A stretch of DNA of 53,815 bases from Oscillospiraceae bacterium (GCA_031254575.1 JAIRUE010000024.1:1-53815); one strand, 5' to 3'. Counted from the first letter of the stretch, positions 28,528-37,147 are shown. A program made the numbers and translations. Notes: generated by a model not told the origin, from the sequence alone.

Positions 28528-29948
28528 TACTCCGCCCCCTTTCCGGCCAGCGTGATCACGATTGAAAAGCCGTACTTGTCCTCGCCCTCGTTGGTGTACC
28601 CCGGATAGTCTATGTACGCGGCCAGGCCGCTGCGATAAAGAGCCTCCACATAATCATGCGGCGTATCGGGGTCGGCGCATTTCGCGCTCACGCGCACCGT
28701 TCCCGCCTTTTCGGAAAAATCGACCCGCGTGACGCTCACAGCCTGGCCGTGCAGGAAGATGATCTGGTCCAGCATGGCGCTTGAGGCTTCCGCCAGGCTG
28801 CCCTCCCATTCGAGTTTCGCGTCAAGCTGCTGTTTGATGCGGCTGTATATGTTCAGCTCCTGCGTGAGAGCTTCCAGCTCCGCCTGCCTTAGCAGGATCG
28901 CCGGGTCGTTGAGGAAGCCGTTTACCCTGTCTATGTCCTTTCCGGCGCTTCGCGCCATCCCCCAGAAGTAAAGGCACGGCGCGGCCAGCGCCACGACGTA
29001 CAGCGCCAGCAGCGGTATCCACAGCTTCCTGTGCTTCTGCTGCCGGATATGCCTGTTCAGCTCTTTGCGCGCGGCGATGAGGTCGATGCCGTCGTTTCCT
29101 ATCAGCATATCCATATAGGCGAAGGGCGCGTCGTACGGGATGGCGTTGTCCGTCGCCTTTTGGATGTCGATGATGCCCATCTGTAGGTCGCCGTATGGGT
29201 TTATCGCTTCCATCAGGCGGAGGTCGGCCTCGTTGACGCCGAGGTAATAGCAGTGGGTAAGCTCCTCGAACTTCTGGGAGCGGTTGAACTGGATGAGGCC
29301 GGACAGGTTATCCAGCGCGTTTTGGAAGAGGGCTTCCTTCGTGTCGCCGTAGAGGCGCGAGCGCGACATGAAGACATTGTTCCCGTTCTGGAAGATCAGC
29401 GACACCATCGTGAAGCCGTCGAGGAGGTTGAGGATGAACGACTTCTGCCGCAGCTCCTGTCTCGGCGCCACAAAGCTGAGGATGGCCTGCGCGCCCACAT
29501 GGATCGAACGGAGCCTGATACCGGCCGCCTTGAAGGCCTCGGTGTAGCTGTCCACCTGCGCGCTGTCGGCGGCGCAGGCCAGGATCACCTCGCTGCCGCC
29601 CTCGTCGCCCATCTTGAAACTGCCGCACACCAGATTATTGGGATTGTCGGTCGCGTCGGCGAAATCGTCCCGCACCAGCTGCTGGCGGCGTTTGCCGCCG
29701 AGCTTGGGCGTGACCAGCCTGCGGGACAGGATGGAGCTTCCGTCCACGATCAGCGAAGGATCGGCGAAAAGGCCTGGATGCTCTTTGCGCATCCCCTCCA
29801 GGCACTCCGTCAGAAACGCGGCGTCGGTGATCATGCCGTTGATCATCGTACCCTCCGGCAGGGGATGGGTGAGGTACTGTTTGACCGAACCGCCGACATA
29901 GCCGATAACCTGGATCTGTTCCGCCGAAACATAAATGGATGATTTCAT
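28527..29948 (-). CDS. pilM: fused PilM-PilN protein
   Basis: N-terminal actin-like PilM region (PLPEGTMINGMITD), TM helix LWIPLLALYVVAL, PilN-like C-terminus. Confidence 0.75.
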   Translation of the reverse strand: MKSSIYVSAEQIQVIGYVGGSVKQYLTHPLPEGTMINGMITDAAFLTECLEGMRKEHPGLFADPSLIVDGSSILSRRLVTPKLGGKRRQQLVRDDFADATDNPNNLVCGSFKMGDEGGSEVILACAADSAQVDSYTEAFKAAGIRLRSIHVGAQAILSFVAPRQELRQKSFILNLLDGFTMVSLIFQNGNNVFMSRSRLYGDTKEALFQNALDNLSGLIQFNRSQKFEELTHCYYLGVNEADLRLMEAINPYGDLQMGIIDIQKATDNAIPYDAPFAYMDMLIGNDGIDLIAARKELNRHIRQQKHRKLWIPLLALYVVALAAPCLYFWGMARSAGKDIDRVNGFLNDPAILLRQAELEALTQELNIYSRIKQQLDAKLEWEGSLAEASSAMLDQIIFLHGQAVSVTRVDFSEKAGTVRVSAKCADPDTPHDYVEALYRSGLAAYIDYPGYTNEGEDKYGFSIVITLAGKGAE

Positions 29949-29982
29949 GCGCGCCCTCCCGACTCAGATTTTCCGCGGCCCG

Positions 29983-31179
29983 TCAACCGAACAGATCCGG
30001 GGTGGAATACATCGACATCATCGGCATCATGACCGCCATCATAACCGTGCCGATCACCCCCGCCATAATGATCAGCATCACCGGCTCCATAAGCTGCACC
30101 AGCCGGCCGGTCGCCATTTCCGACTCATACTCGAAGGCGTCGGCGGTCGAGATCAGCATCGTGTCCAGACGCCCGGCCTCCTCGCCGATCAGGACGGTGT
30201 TGGAGAGCTTGCTGTCAAACCCGTCCACCTTGCGGATCGCCGCCGACAGCAGCTCGCCGTTGCGCACATCCTTGACCACGCCGCCGAACTGGCCCTCTAT
30301 GTATTTGTTGCCGACGATCGTCCCGGAGATCTCCAGCGCCCGTATCATCGAAACGCCGCTGGAATAGAGGGAGGAGAGCGTCCGGGCGAAACGGGCCGTG
30401 TAGATGATTTTCAGCAATCCGCCGATAACGGGCAGTTTCAGTTTCAGCCTGTCGAACTGATGCCGTATCTTCGGGACCCGCAGCAGGTATGTGACCAACG
30501 CCACGACGCTCACGGCGACGATGATGATGATATACCACCGCTCCGTAATAAAGTTGCTGATCGCGACGACCACTCTTGTCAGCGTGGGCAGCGTCATGCC
30601 TTCCAGCGCTGCAAAGAACTTGGGCAGGATGAAGACGAAGATGGCAATGACCACCACCACCGTCACGACCGCCAGAATAATCGGGTAGGTCATCGCCGAT
30701 TTGATCTTGCCGTTGAGCCTGTTTTCCTTGTCGTAATGCACGGACATTTTCTCGGTCACGTTTTCAAGCTGGCCGCTGGCCTCGCCGGAGGCGAACATGT
30801 TGACCAGCAGTTCCGGGAACGCCCTCCCCTGCCGGGTCATCGCCTCGGAGAGGGTGAAGCCCTGCTGTATGTCCCTGTGCAGTTTCTCATAGACATGCTT
30901 GAGCCTGACGTTTTTGAAGTCGCGTTCCTTGATGATCTCCAGCGCGCGCACCGCCGTGATGCCGCTGCCCAGCATACTGGCAAGCTGGCGGCAGAAGTCG
31001 GAGACGTCGCTCGCCTTCAGGCGGTATGTGGTCCTCTGCTCGTCGAGCTCCTTATAGCGCAGCGGAACAAGGCTTTTGCCCCGCATAATTTTCCGAAAGT
31101 CATCCTCGTCCCTCGCGTCCACCGTCGCGGAAACTTTTCTGTTGCCGAGGTCGAGCGCCGTGAACCGGTACTTTGCCAT
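29983..31179 (-). CDS. pilC: type IV pilus platform protein (T2SS F family)
   Basis: FCRQLASMLGSGI, GEASGQL, SAMTYP, GEEAGRLD, LMEP. Confidence 0.95.
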   Translation of the reverse strand: MAKYRFTALDLGNRKVSATVDARDEDDFRKIMRGKSLVPLRYKELDEQRTTYRLKASDVSDFCRQLASMLGSGITAVRALEIIKERDFKNVRLKHVYEKLHRDIQQGFTLSEAMTRQGRAFPELLVNMFASGEASGQLENVTEKMSVHYDKENRLNGKIKSAMTYPIILAVVTVVVVIAIFVFILPKFFAALEGMTLPTLTRVVVAISNFITERWYIIIIVAVSVVALVTYLLRVPKIRHQFDRLKLKLPVIGGLLKIIYTARFARTLSSLYSSGVSMIRALEISGTIVGNKYIEGQFGGVVKDVRNGELLSAAIRKVDGFDSKLSNTVLIGEEAGRLDTMLISTADAFEYESEMATGRLVQLMEPVMLIIMAGVIGTVMMAVMMPMMSMYSTPDLFG

Positions 31180-31191
31180 CTGTCCTCACCC

Positions 31192-31959
31192 CTACAGCCC
31201 AAACAATCCCAGATACCCCGATATGATCTCTTTTCCGAACAGCATCGCCACGGTGACGCCCGCGCACAGATGGGGGCCGAACGCCATATGCTCGCCTCTG
31301 CCTTTTTTGCCCCTCAGCATCAGCGTCATGGCATAGCCGCCGCCCGTCAGAACGGCCAGGAAAAACGCGAGCAGGGTGTTCTGCCACCCCAGCAGGAAAC
31401 CGCAGACCGCCATCAGTTCTATGTCGCGTTCGCCGAACGCGCCGGAGATGATCAGCGCCAGCGCCAGCATCGGAACGCTCACGGCCGCCAACCCGATCCC
31501 GCGCCCGAGAAGCGTCACGTCCGGCTGCGCCCAGACCGCGCCCGCGGCGAAGGGAATCAGCGCCAGAATCAAAACGCCGGGTATCTCCATCGTCTCCATG
31601 TCGGTCAGCGCGACCGCCAGCAGAAGAACGCACACGCAAAACGCCAGCGGCGTCATCAGGGAAAACCTGTACCGTATAAAGCACAGCGCCGCCGGGAGGG
31701 CGCAAGCGACCTCAGCCAGCGGATAGCGCGGCGAGATCCGCGCCTTGCAACCCCGGCAGCGGCCCCGCAGGGCGAGCCAACTCACGACCGGGATCAACTC
31801 AAACCATCGCAGCGTTTTGCCGCATTCGGGGCATTTCGACCGCCCCCTGACAAAGGACTCCTTTTTCGCCGCCCGGAGCGCCGCGGCGTTGACGAAACTG
31901 CCCATGCACGCGCCGAGCGCGCAGGAGAACACCAATATGATGATTTCAACGGGTTCCAT
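31192..31959 (-). CDS. pilD: prepilin peptidase (A24)
   Basis: GSFVN, RSKCPEC...IPVVSWLALRGRCRGC...ISPRYP, TDMETMEIP, FGERD, MAFGPHL. Confidence 0.92.
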   Translation of the reverse strand: MEPVEIIILVFSCALGACMGSFVNAAALRAAKKESFVRGRSKCPECGKTLRWFELIPVVSWLALRGRCRGCKARISPRYPLAEVACALPAALCFIRYRFSLMTPLAFCVCVLLLAVALTDMETMEIPGVLILALIPFAAGAVWAQPDVTLLGRGIGLAAVSVPMLALALIISGAFGERDIELMAVCGFLLGWQNTLLAFFLAVLTGGGYAMTLMLRGKKGRGEHMAFGPHLCAGVTVAMLFGKEIISGYLGLFGL

Positions 31960-31978
31960 CGGCATCCTCCCCAAAAGT

Positions 31979-32170
31979 TCAGTTCAGGGGCTGCCCCTCG
32001 GCTTTTTTCGCGCGGATTTCTTCCATTAAGCGGCGAAATTCCTGCGAACCCTCCCGGATTTCCGCGGCTATTTCTTCCCGTGTCATATGCTGATAGCGTT
32101 CATCGGCTTCCTCGCGGATACGGCGGATGTCATCTACGCCGAAGCTCTGATTGGGAATTGAATTATCCAT
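31979..32170 (-). CDS. small charged helical protein, probable antitoxin partner of the PIN protein
   Basis: 63 aa, DDIRRIREE...MTREEI; starts 11 bp after the PIN gene stop. Confidence 0.6.
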   Translation of the reverse strand: MDNSIPNQSFGVDDIRRIREEADERYQHMTREEIAAEIREGSQEFRRLMEEIRAKKAEGQPLN

Positions 32171-32181
32171 TTGAACCGCTC

Positions 32182-32655
32182 CTAACCTTTCAGTGCCGGC
32201 GGCGGCAGAATATTTATAAGGGACTTGCCGTTCAGCGCTGAAATCATACGAGCGCCCTCAATCGTTCTGTCGTTAATAAAATGCCTGAAATTCCATGAAT
32301 AAATTATACTGCACTCACTATATATAGCAGCGGCGATATGAAGGCGGTCGTTGGCGCTTCCGGGAGAAAGAATCCCATGCCGCTTAATATCCTCTTCAAT
32401 AGCGGTAATATCCTCGTTGTCTTCCGTCACAATCACAGTATATGGTATTTCGTTCAACAGGGCAAGCAGTTTTGAGCGTTTAGGATCGGGACACTTTCTT
32501 AACTCGTTTTCCGTCACGTCTGAAATGTGAACCTCATATCCCCCTTTTTTTAATATTTCCCAAAAGGCAAGCGTTTCAGCCATTTTCTCCGGCGTGTCCT
32601 CCTGGCACAGATAACTGATAGCCGAGGTGTCGAGGTATATCTTTCTCTTTAACAT
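32182..32655 (-). CDS. PIN-domain (VapC-like) ribonuclease
   Basis: IYLDTSAIS, SDVTENEL, NDRLHIAAA, SWNFRH acidic PIN motifs; AT-richer than flanks. Confidence 0.85.
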   Translation of the reverse strand: MLKRKIYLDTSAISYLCQEDTPEKMAETLAFWEILKKGGYEVHISDVTENELRKCPDPKRSKLLALLNEIPYTVIVTEDNEDITAIEEDIKRHGILSPGSANDRLHIAAAIYSECSIIYSWNFRHFINDRTIEGARMISALNGKSLINILPPPALKG

Positions 32656-32706
32656 CCGCTGTCTCCGCTTTCATTGTTTCCAAAGGTGCCCGCCTTTTCC
32701 GGCAAA

Positions 32707-32736
32707 GGGAGGGCGGCGGCGGTCCGCCGCCCTCCC
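32707..32736 (-). terminator. 13-bp stem hairpin downstream of pilA
   Basis: GGGAGGGCGGCGG-cggt-CCGCCGCCCTCCC, followed by TTTG on the minus strand. Confidence 0.55.
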
Positions 32737-32835
32737 GCCGTATTGTGGACTGTTCCGCGTCGGGTGCAAGCAGCGCGTTCATCCCCGGGGCTCAGCCGGG
32801 CGGTCGACCTCTCCGGCCGGGCCCGTTGTTAGTGC

Positions 32836-33216
32836 TTAGGGGTAAGCTACGCCAGTACCGCTGGTATCGCCAATTTCTATCGGGGGGTTGTTTTGAGATC
32901 TACCTGTTGTCAGGCTGACGCCAATACACATAGATCCTTGAAAATATAGGTCTACGGTTATGCCAGGAGCTGGCCCATTAATCTCAGCTGTTATTTGGGC
33001 ATTGGTTGGAGGAACAGTGCCTGTGGGGTCGGCCGCGACTATGGCAGCCATATACAGCGTCCGGCAGTCCGCCTCATCGGCGGCTCTGTTAGCGCGCTCA
33101 ATCACGCCGAGGATCGCCGGGGTCAGCGCCGCCACGAGGATCGCGATGATGACGATGACGACGATGAGCTCGATCAGGGTAAAGCCCTTGCGGTTGATCT
33201 TACGGAGTTTGTTCAT
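32836..33216 (-). CDS. pilA: major type IV pilin
   Basis: MNKLRKINRKG|FTLIELIVVIVIIAILVAALTP; AAGGAG RBS; 126 aa. Confidence 0.9.
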   Translation of the reverse strand: MNKLRKINRKGFTLIELIVVIVIIAILVAALTPAILGVIERANRAADEADCRTLYMAAIVAADPTGTVPPTNAQITAEINGPAPGITVDLYFQGSMCIGVSLTTGRSQNNPPIEIGDTSGTGVAYP

Positions 33217-33328
33217 GACCAAAGTCTCCTTTTTGCAATTTTATGTAAATCCCGTTGCACCTCGGAATTTGCACACGCTCTAAAGGATCGCGGGGATTAT
33301 GGAGAGACATTCCTCCTTTCTGTGTTTT

Positions 33329-33456
33329 GCTCCCTCCGGCGCTCCGTCACCGTCGCGGAAATTACTCCCTCCGGCGCTTCGCGCCACCTCCCTCACGAGG
33401 GAGGCTTGCCTAGCCCTCCTCTTGAGGAGGGTGCCGTCCGCAGACGGCGGGAGGAG
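33329..33456. repeat. palindrome-rich direct repeat, copy 1 (128 bp, REP-doublet-like)
   Basis: Near-identical to 33877-34005; contains the hairpins CCTCCCTC-ac-GAGGGAGG, CCCTCCTC-tt-GAGGAGGG and GCCGTC-cgca-GACGGC. Confidence 0.92.
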
Positions 33457-33812
33457 GGGTGACAATCTTTCACGGCTTTGTCAATCGCTTCGCAAACGGA
33501 CTTAAACCGGTTCATTATATCCGGGTTCGCAAAACGAATAACTTTCAGCCCGTAACTCTCAAGAATTTTTGTCCTTTCCGCATCATACGCAACGCCATCT
33601 TCAGTATAATGCTGGCCTCCGTCAAGTTCAATAACCAGTTTTGCGGAAAAACAATAGAAATCGACGATATAATTATCAATGGTCTTTTGCCTTTGAAATC
33701 TGGCCGGGTACTTTGAAAGGAAATCGTACCATAAGTGCTTTTCCTGCGGCGTCATCTCTTTCCTAAGCTGTTTTGCCCTCGGTATAAGGTTTCTGTTGTA
33801 CTCTAACGGCAC
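33393..33812 (-). CDS. DUF559 (Vsr-like PD-(D/E)XK) endonuclease
   Basis: RAKQLRKEMTPQEKHLW...FQRQ...YIVDFYC...LVIELDGGQH...D..RT..L...GLKVIRF.N; GTG at 33812 with GGGAGG RBS; the last ~21 codons read into the repeat. Confidence 0.92.
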   Translation of the reverse strand: MPLEYNRNLIPRAKQLRKEMTPQEKHLWYDFLSKYPARFQRQKTIDNYIVDFYCFSAKLVIELDGGQHYTEDGVAYDAERTKILESYGLKVIRFANPDIMNRFKSVCEAIDKAVKDCHPSSRRLRTAPSSRGGLGKPPS

Positions 33813-33876
33813 CTTATTTTCCCTCCCCGCCGGCCCGCTCACTTCCCCCCGGCGCTTCACGCCCCCCGCGGAAGTC

Positions 33877-34005
33877 GCTCCCTCCGGCGCTCCGTCACCG
33901 TCGTATAAATCACTCCCTCCGGCGCTTTGCGCCACCTCCCTCACGAGGGAGGCTTGCCTAGCCCTCCTCTTTGAGGAGGGTGCCGTCCGCAGACGGCGGG
34001 AGGAG
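33877..34005. repeat. palindrome-rich direct repeat, copy 2 (129 bp)
   Basis: Matches 33329-33456 except for a few substitutions and one extra T. Confidence 0.92.
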
Positions 34006-34031
34006 AGCTTCGCGGCTATCGGTCAGGACGG

Positions 34032-34108
34032 CTCCCCTTGGCGCTCCGCGCCCCCGCGGAAGTCGCTCCCTCCGGCGCTCCGCGCCACCTCCCTCACGAG
34101 GGAGGCTT
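34032..34108. repeat. partial third copy of the repeat
   Basis: CCCCCGCGGAAGTCGCTCCCTCCGGCGCTCC (also at 33863) and GCGCCACCTCCCTCACGAGGGAGGCTT. Confidence 0.85.
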
Positions 34109-34123
34109 AGGGTATATGCGCCC

Positions 34124-35188
34124 TCACATCCGCCCGACGGCGCTCAAAAACTCCGTCCGGTCGTTGGCTTTTTCCAGCGCGTGTTCGCGCCTGACGACGC
34201 CCTTGCGCACCAGATCGGCCAGATAATTATCGAGCAGCACCATGCCCTGCCGCGCGCTCGTCTGTATCGTGGAGTCGAGCTGGTGGCCCTTGTTCTCGCG
34301 GATGAGGTTGAGCACGGCGTCGGTGCCCAGCATGATCTCGAACGCGGCGACACGCCCCTTGCCCTCGGCCCTCGGCAGCAGCGTCTGGGTGATGACGCCC
34401 TTGAGGACGGAGGCGAGCTGGGTGCGGATCTGCTGCTGATTGTGCGGCGGGAAGACGTCGATCACACGGTCGATCGTCATGGCGGCGCCGGTGGTGTGCA
34501 GCGTGGAGAGGACCAGATGGCCCGTCTCGGCGGCGGTCACGGCGGCGGAGATGGTTTCATAGTCGCGCATCTCGCCCACAAGGATGACGTCCGGGTCCTC
34601 GCGCATCGCGCTGCGCAGCGACGCCGCGAAAGAGGCGACGTCCACGCCGACATCGCGCTGGTGGATGATCGACTTTTTCTGCGTATACACGTACTCAACG
34701 GGGTCCTCGACGGTGAGGATATGGCAGGCGCGGGTCGAGTTGATGTAATCGACCATCGCGGCCAGCGTGGTGGATTTGCCGGAACCCGTCGGCCCGGTGA
34801 CAAGGATCAGTCCGCGCGGCTCGTCGGCAAGCTGTCTCAGCACGGGCGGCAGGTTCAATTCCTCAAAGGTGGGGGTGTTTTCGTTGATGATGCGGATGAC
34901 GCAGGCGAGCTTCTGCTGCTGGCGGAACACGTTGACGCGGTGGCGCAGGTTGCCCCCGATGGAATAGCACATATCCACGTCACTGCCGTCGTCCAGTTCC
35001 CCGCGCTGGCGCTCGTCCAGCATCGAGACGATCAGGGCGTATTTTTCCTCCGGCGTCATGGCGAGGTCGGTCTCGATCAGCGTCCCGTCTATGCGGAAAA
35101 CCGGGTTGCGCGCGTAGGTGAGATGGATGTCGCTCGCCCGGCGTTCCCGCGCCATGAGAATGAGCTTTACAATGTCAATGTCCATCAA
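34124..35188 (-). CDS. pilT: pilus retraction ATPase
   Basis: ASDIHL, GPTGSGKSTT, TVEDPVE, REDPDVILVGEMRD, AETGHLVLSTLHT, AVLNLIRE (AIRNLIRE-like). Confidence 0.95.
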   Translation of the reverse strand: MMDIDIVKLILMARERRASDIHLTYARNPVFRIDGTLIETDLAMTPEEKYALIVSMLDERQRGELDDGSDVDMCYSIGGNLRHRVNVFRQQQKLACVIRIINENTPTFEELNLPPVLRQLADEPRGLILVTGPTGSGKSTTLAAMVDYINSTRACHILTVEDPVEYVYTQKKSIIHQRDVGVDVASFAASLRSAMREDPDVILVGEMRDYETISAAVTAAETGHLVLSTLHTTGAAMTIDRVIDVFPPHNQQQIRTQLASVLKGVITQTLLPRAEGKGRVAAFEIMLGTDAVLNLIRENKGHQLDSTIQTSARQGMVLLDNYLADLVRKGVVRREHALEKANDRTEFLSAVGRM

Positions 35189-35207
35189 TGACGCCCCCTG
35201 TCACGCT

Positions 35208-36902
35208 CTATTCCACAAAGTAAGTGAGCCTCAGCAGTTCCTCCACCGTCGTCTTATGCTCCAGAACCAGTTTCCGCAGGCTCGTCTGAAGGGATTTTAA
35301 TTTATTGTTCTCTCTGACGTAGGCATAAATCTCGGAGGTGGGCGCTTTGCTTGTGATATAATCGCGGATCGTGCCGTCGATCGCCAGAATCTCGTGAATG
35401 GCGACGCGGCCCTTGTAGCCGGTATTGTTGCAGTTATGGCAGCCCTTGCCGCGCAGGAGGCTCTTGGTATCGGCCCTGAGCGCGCGGAGCTCGGCTTCGG
35501 AGGGCCTGTATTCCTCGCAGCAGAACGGGCATATCTTCTTGACCAGGCGCTGCGCCACCACGCCGACCAGCGAGTTTGCCAGCAGGTAATCCTCGATGCC
35601 CATGTCCAGCAGGCGGACGATGGCGGACACGGAGTCATTGGTATGCAGGCTGCTCATGACCAGATGGCCCGTCAGCGCGGCGCGGACGGAGATGCTGGCC
35701 GTTTCGGCGTCGCGCGTCTCCCCGATCATGACAATATCGGGGTCCTGGCGGAGGATCGAGCGCAGGCCGCTCTCAAAGGTCAGGCCCGCCAGCGGGTTGA
35801 TCTGCGTCTGGTTGATACGGGCCAGCGTCCGCTCCACCGGGTCCTCGATGGTGGAGATGTTGACGAAACGCTTGGCGAGCAGTTCCATGACCATATAGAG
35901 CGTGGTGGTCTTGCCGCTTCCGGTCGGGCCGGTGATGTAGATGATGCCGTGCGGGACCTGCAGCATGGCGAGCATCTTCTCATAGTCGTCCCGCTCCATG
36001 CCGAACGTCCCGGCGTGGTCCAGCGTGGTGGACTGGCTCATAAAGCGCATGACGATTTTCTCGCCGTAGACGGTCGGCAGGCTCGACACGCGGACGTTTA
36101 TCTCAATATCCTGCAGTTTCGCGCGGAAATGGCCGTCCTGCGGGGCGCGCTTTTCCGCGATGTCCAGCCCCGAAAGGATTTTAATACGCGCGACGATCGA
36201 GTTGTGCAGGGAGGAGGACAGCGTGAGGTAATCGACGATCTGCCCGTCCACGCGGATACGGACGTAGGTATGCTCCTCAAACGGTTCGATATGGATGTCG
36301 CTCGCCCCGGCGTTGTGGGCTTTATAGAGGGTGGAGTTGATCAGCGTGACGACCGGGGTGTCGTCGGCCGATTCGGAAATATCGACGTATGTAAACGCGC
36401 TGGCCTGCCCGGCGACCGCCTCATTGGCGCCGGTCGCGGCTTTCTGCGTGTCTAGTTCGGAATAGTATTCGGAAATGGCTCTGACAATGTCGGCCCTGTT
36501 GCAGACCTGCACCTCGATCTGCATGTGGGTGATGAGCTTGACATCCTCGATGGCGTAGTAGTTGAGGGGATCGTTGATGTTGACGCGCAGGACGGAATTA
36601 TTGACCGCGATGGCGATCAGGCAGTGCTTGTTCGCGACGGCCTTGGGAATCCGCTTCACGGCGTTCAGGTCCACCGGCGCGTCGCTCATCGACACGTACG
36701 GGATATTGAGGCGTCTGGAAAGGGCCGTGTTGAGGCGGTCCTCGGTAATCACGTTATACTCGATCAGGGCCTCTCCAAGACGTTTCTTGACGCCCGAGGC
36801 CTTTTGCATTTCCATGACGCGCTCGATCTGTTCCTCGGTGACGTATCCCGCTTCTTTCAGGACGTCGCCAAGCCTTAACTGCGTCGGTACCGTCGAAGCC
36901 AT
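35208..36902 (-). CDS. pilB: pilus extension ATPase (GspE/PulE family)
   Basis: Two RLG...L (MshEN-like) motifs, ASDIHIEP, GPTGSGKTTT, LRQDPD, GHLVMSSLHTN, CxxC...CxxC zinc motif. Confidence 0.95.
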   Translation of the reverse strand: MASTVPTQLRLGDVLKEAGYVTEEQIERVMEMQKASGVKKRLGEALIEYNVITEDRLNTALSRRLNIPYVSMSDAPVDLNAVKRIPKAVANKHCLIAIAVNNSVLRVNINDPLNYYAIEDVKLITHMQIEVQVCNRADIVRAISEYYSELDTQKAATGANEAVAGQASAFTYVDISESADDTPVVTLINSTLYKAHNAGASDIHIEPFEEHTYVRIRVDGQIVDYLTLSSSLHNSIVARIKILSGLDIAEKRAPQDGHFRAKLQDIEINVRVSSLPTVYGEKIVMRFMSQSTTLDHAGTFGMERDDYEKMLAMLQVPHGIIYITGPTGSGKTTTLYMVMELLAKRFVNISTIEDPVERTLARINQTQINPLAGLTFESGLRSILRQDPDIVMIGETRDAETASISVRAALTGHLVMSSLHTNDSVSAIVRLLDMGIEDYLLANSLVGVVAQRLVKKICPFCCEEYRPSEAELRALRADTKSLLRGKGCHNCNNTGYKGRVAIHEILAIDGTIRDYITSKAPTSEIYAYVRENNKLKSLQTSLRKLVLEHKTTVEELLRLTYFVE

Positions 36903-36971
36903 AACATCCCCCTGTCTTCTTACGGGCATGCCTGTTCACGTCCGGAAAAACATCGCTATCCGCTTACTTGT

Positions 36972-37000
36972 ATTATAACAGAACGGTTTCTTTTTCGCAA
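36972..37000 (-). promoter_or_regulatory. promoter of the pil operon
   Basis: Minus strand TTGCGA-17 bp-TATAAT. Confidence 0.6.
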
Positions 37001-37147
37001 GTTTTTTTTGCCGGAACGAACGTAGTACCAAAACGGCGTCTTAAAGGGACAAATTTCCTGCATTTTCCGGGTTTATCCTGCTTTTCTTCCGCGGCATATG
37101 TCCATACCGCCTTTACGGCTTTGAGAATACCTTGAAATTATTTAAAC

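Noticed and set aside
28527-29948. PilM-PilN fusion as a novelty
   Set aside because: Fused PilMN is already known in clostridial type IV pilus loci.
29935-32241. 768-aa plus-strand ORF and other long antisense ORFs (e.g. 4909-6552, 22657-24243, 43386-44687, 49065-50354, 51944-53440)
   Set aside because: Shadow frames opposite well-supported genes in GC-rich DNA, with no recognisable motifs.
19381-33216. Diversity-generating retroelement or shufflon acting on pilins
   Set aside because: No reverse transcriptase, no TR/VR pair with adenine-specific mismatches, and no site-specific recombinase seen in the window.
33217-33328. c-di-GMP riboswitch upstream of pilA (as in C. difficile)
   Set aside because: No class I or class II consensus elements could be recognised by eye here or upstream of pilB; an Rfam scan would be decisive.
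33813-33944. N-terminal 44-aa extension of the DUF559 ORF in the ORF track
   Set aside because: It is translated repeat DNA; GTG at 33812 has a good RBS and matches the family start.
33329-34108. CRISPR array interpretation of the ~35-bp periodic repeats
   Set aside because: The intervening sequences are themselves repeated rather than unique spacers, units occur in both orientations, and no cas genes are present.
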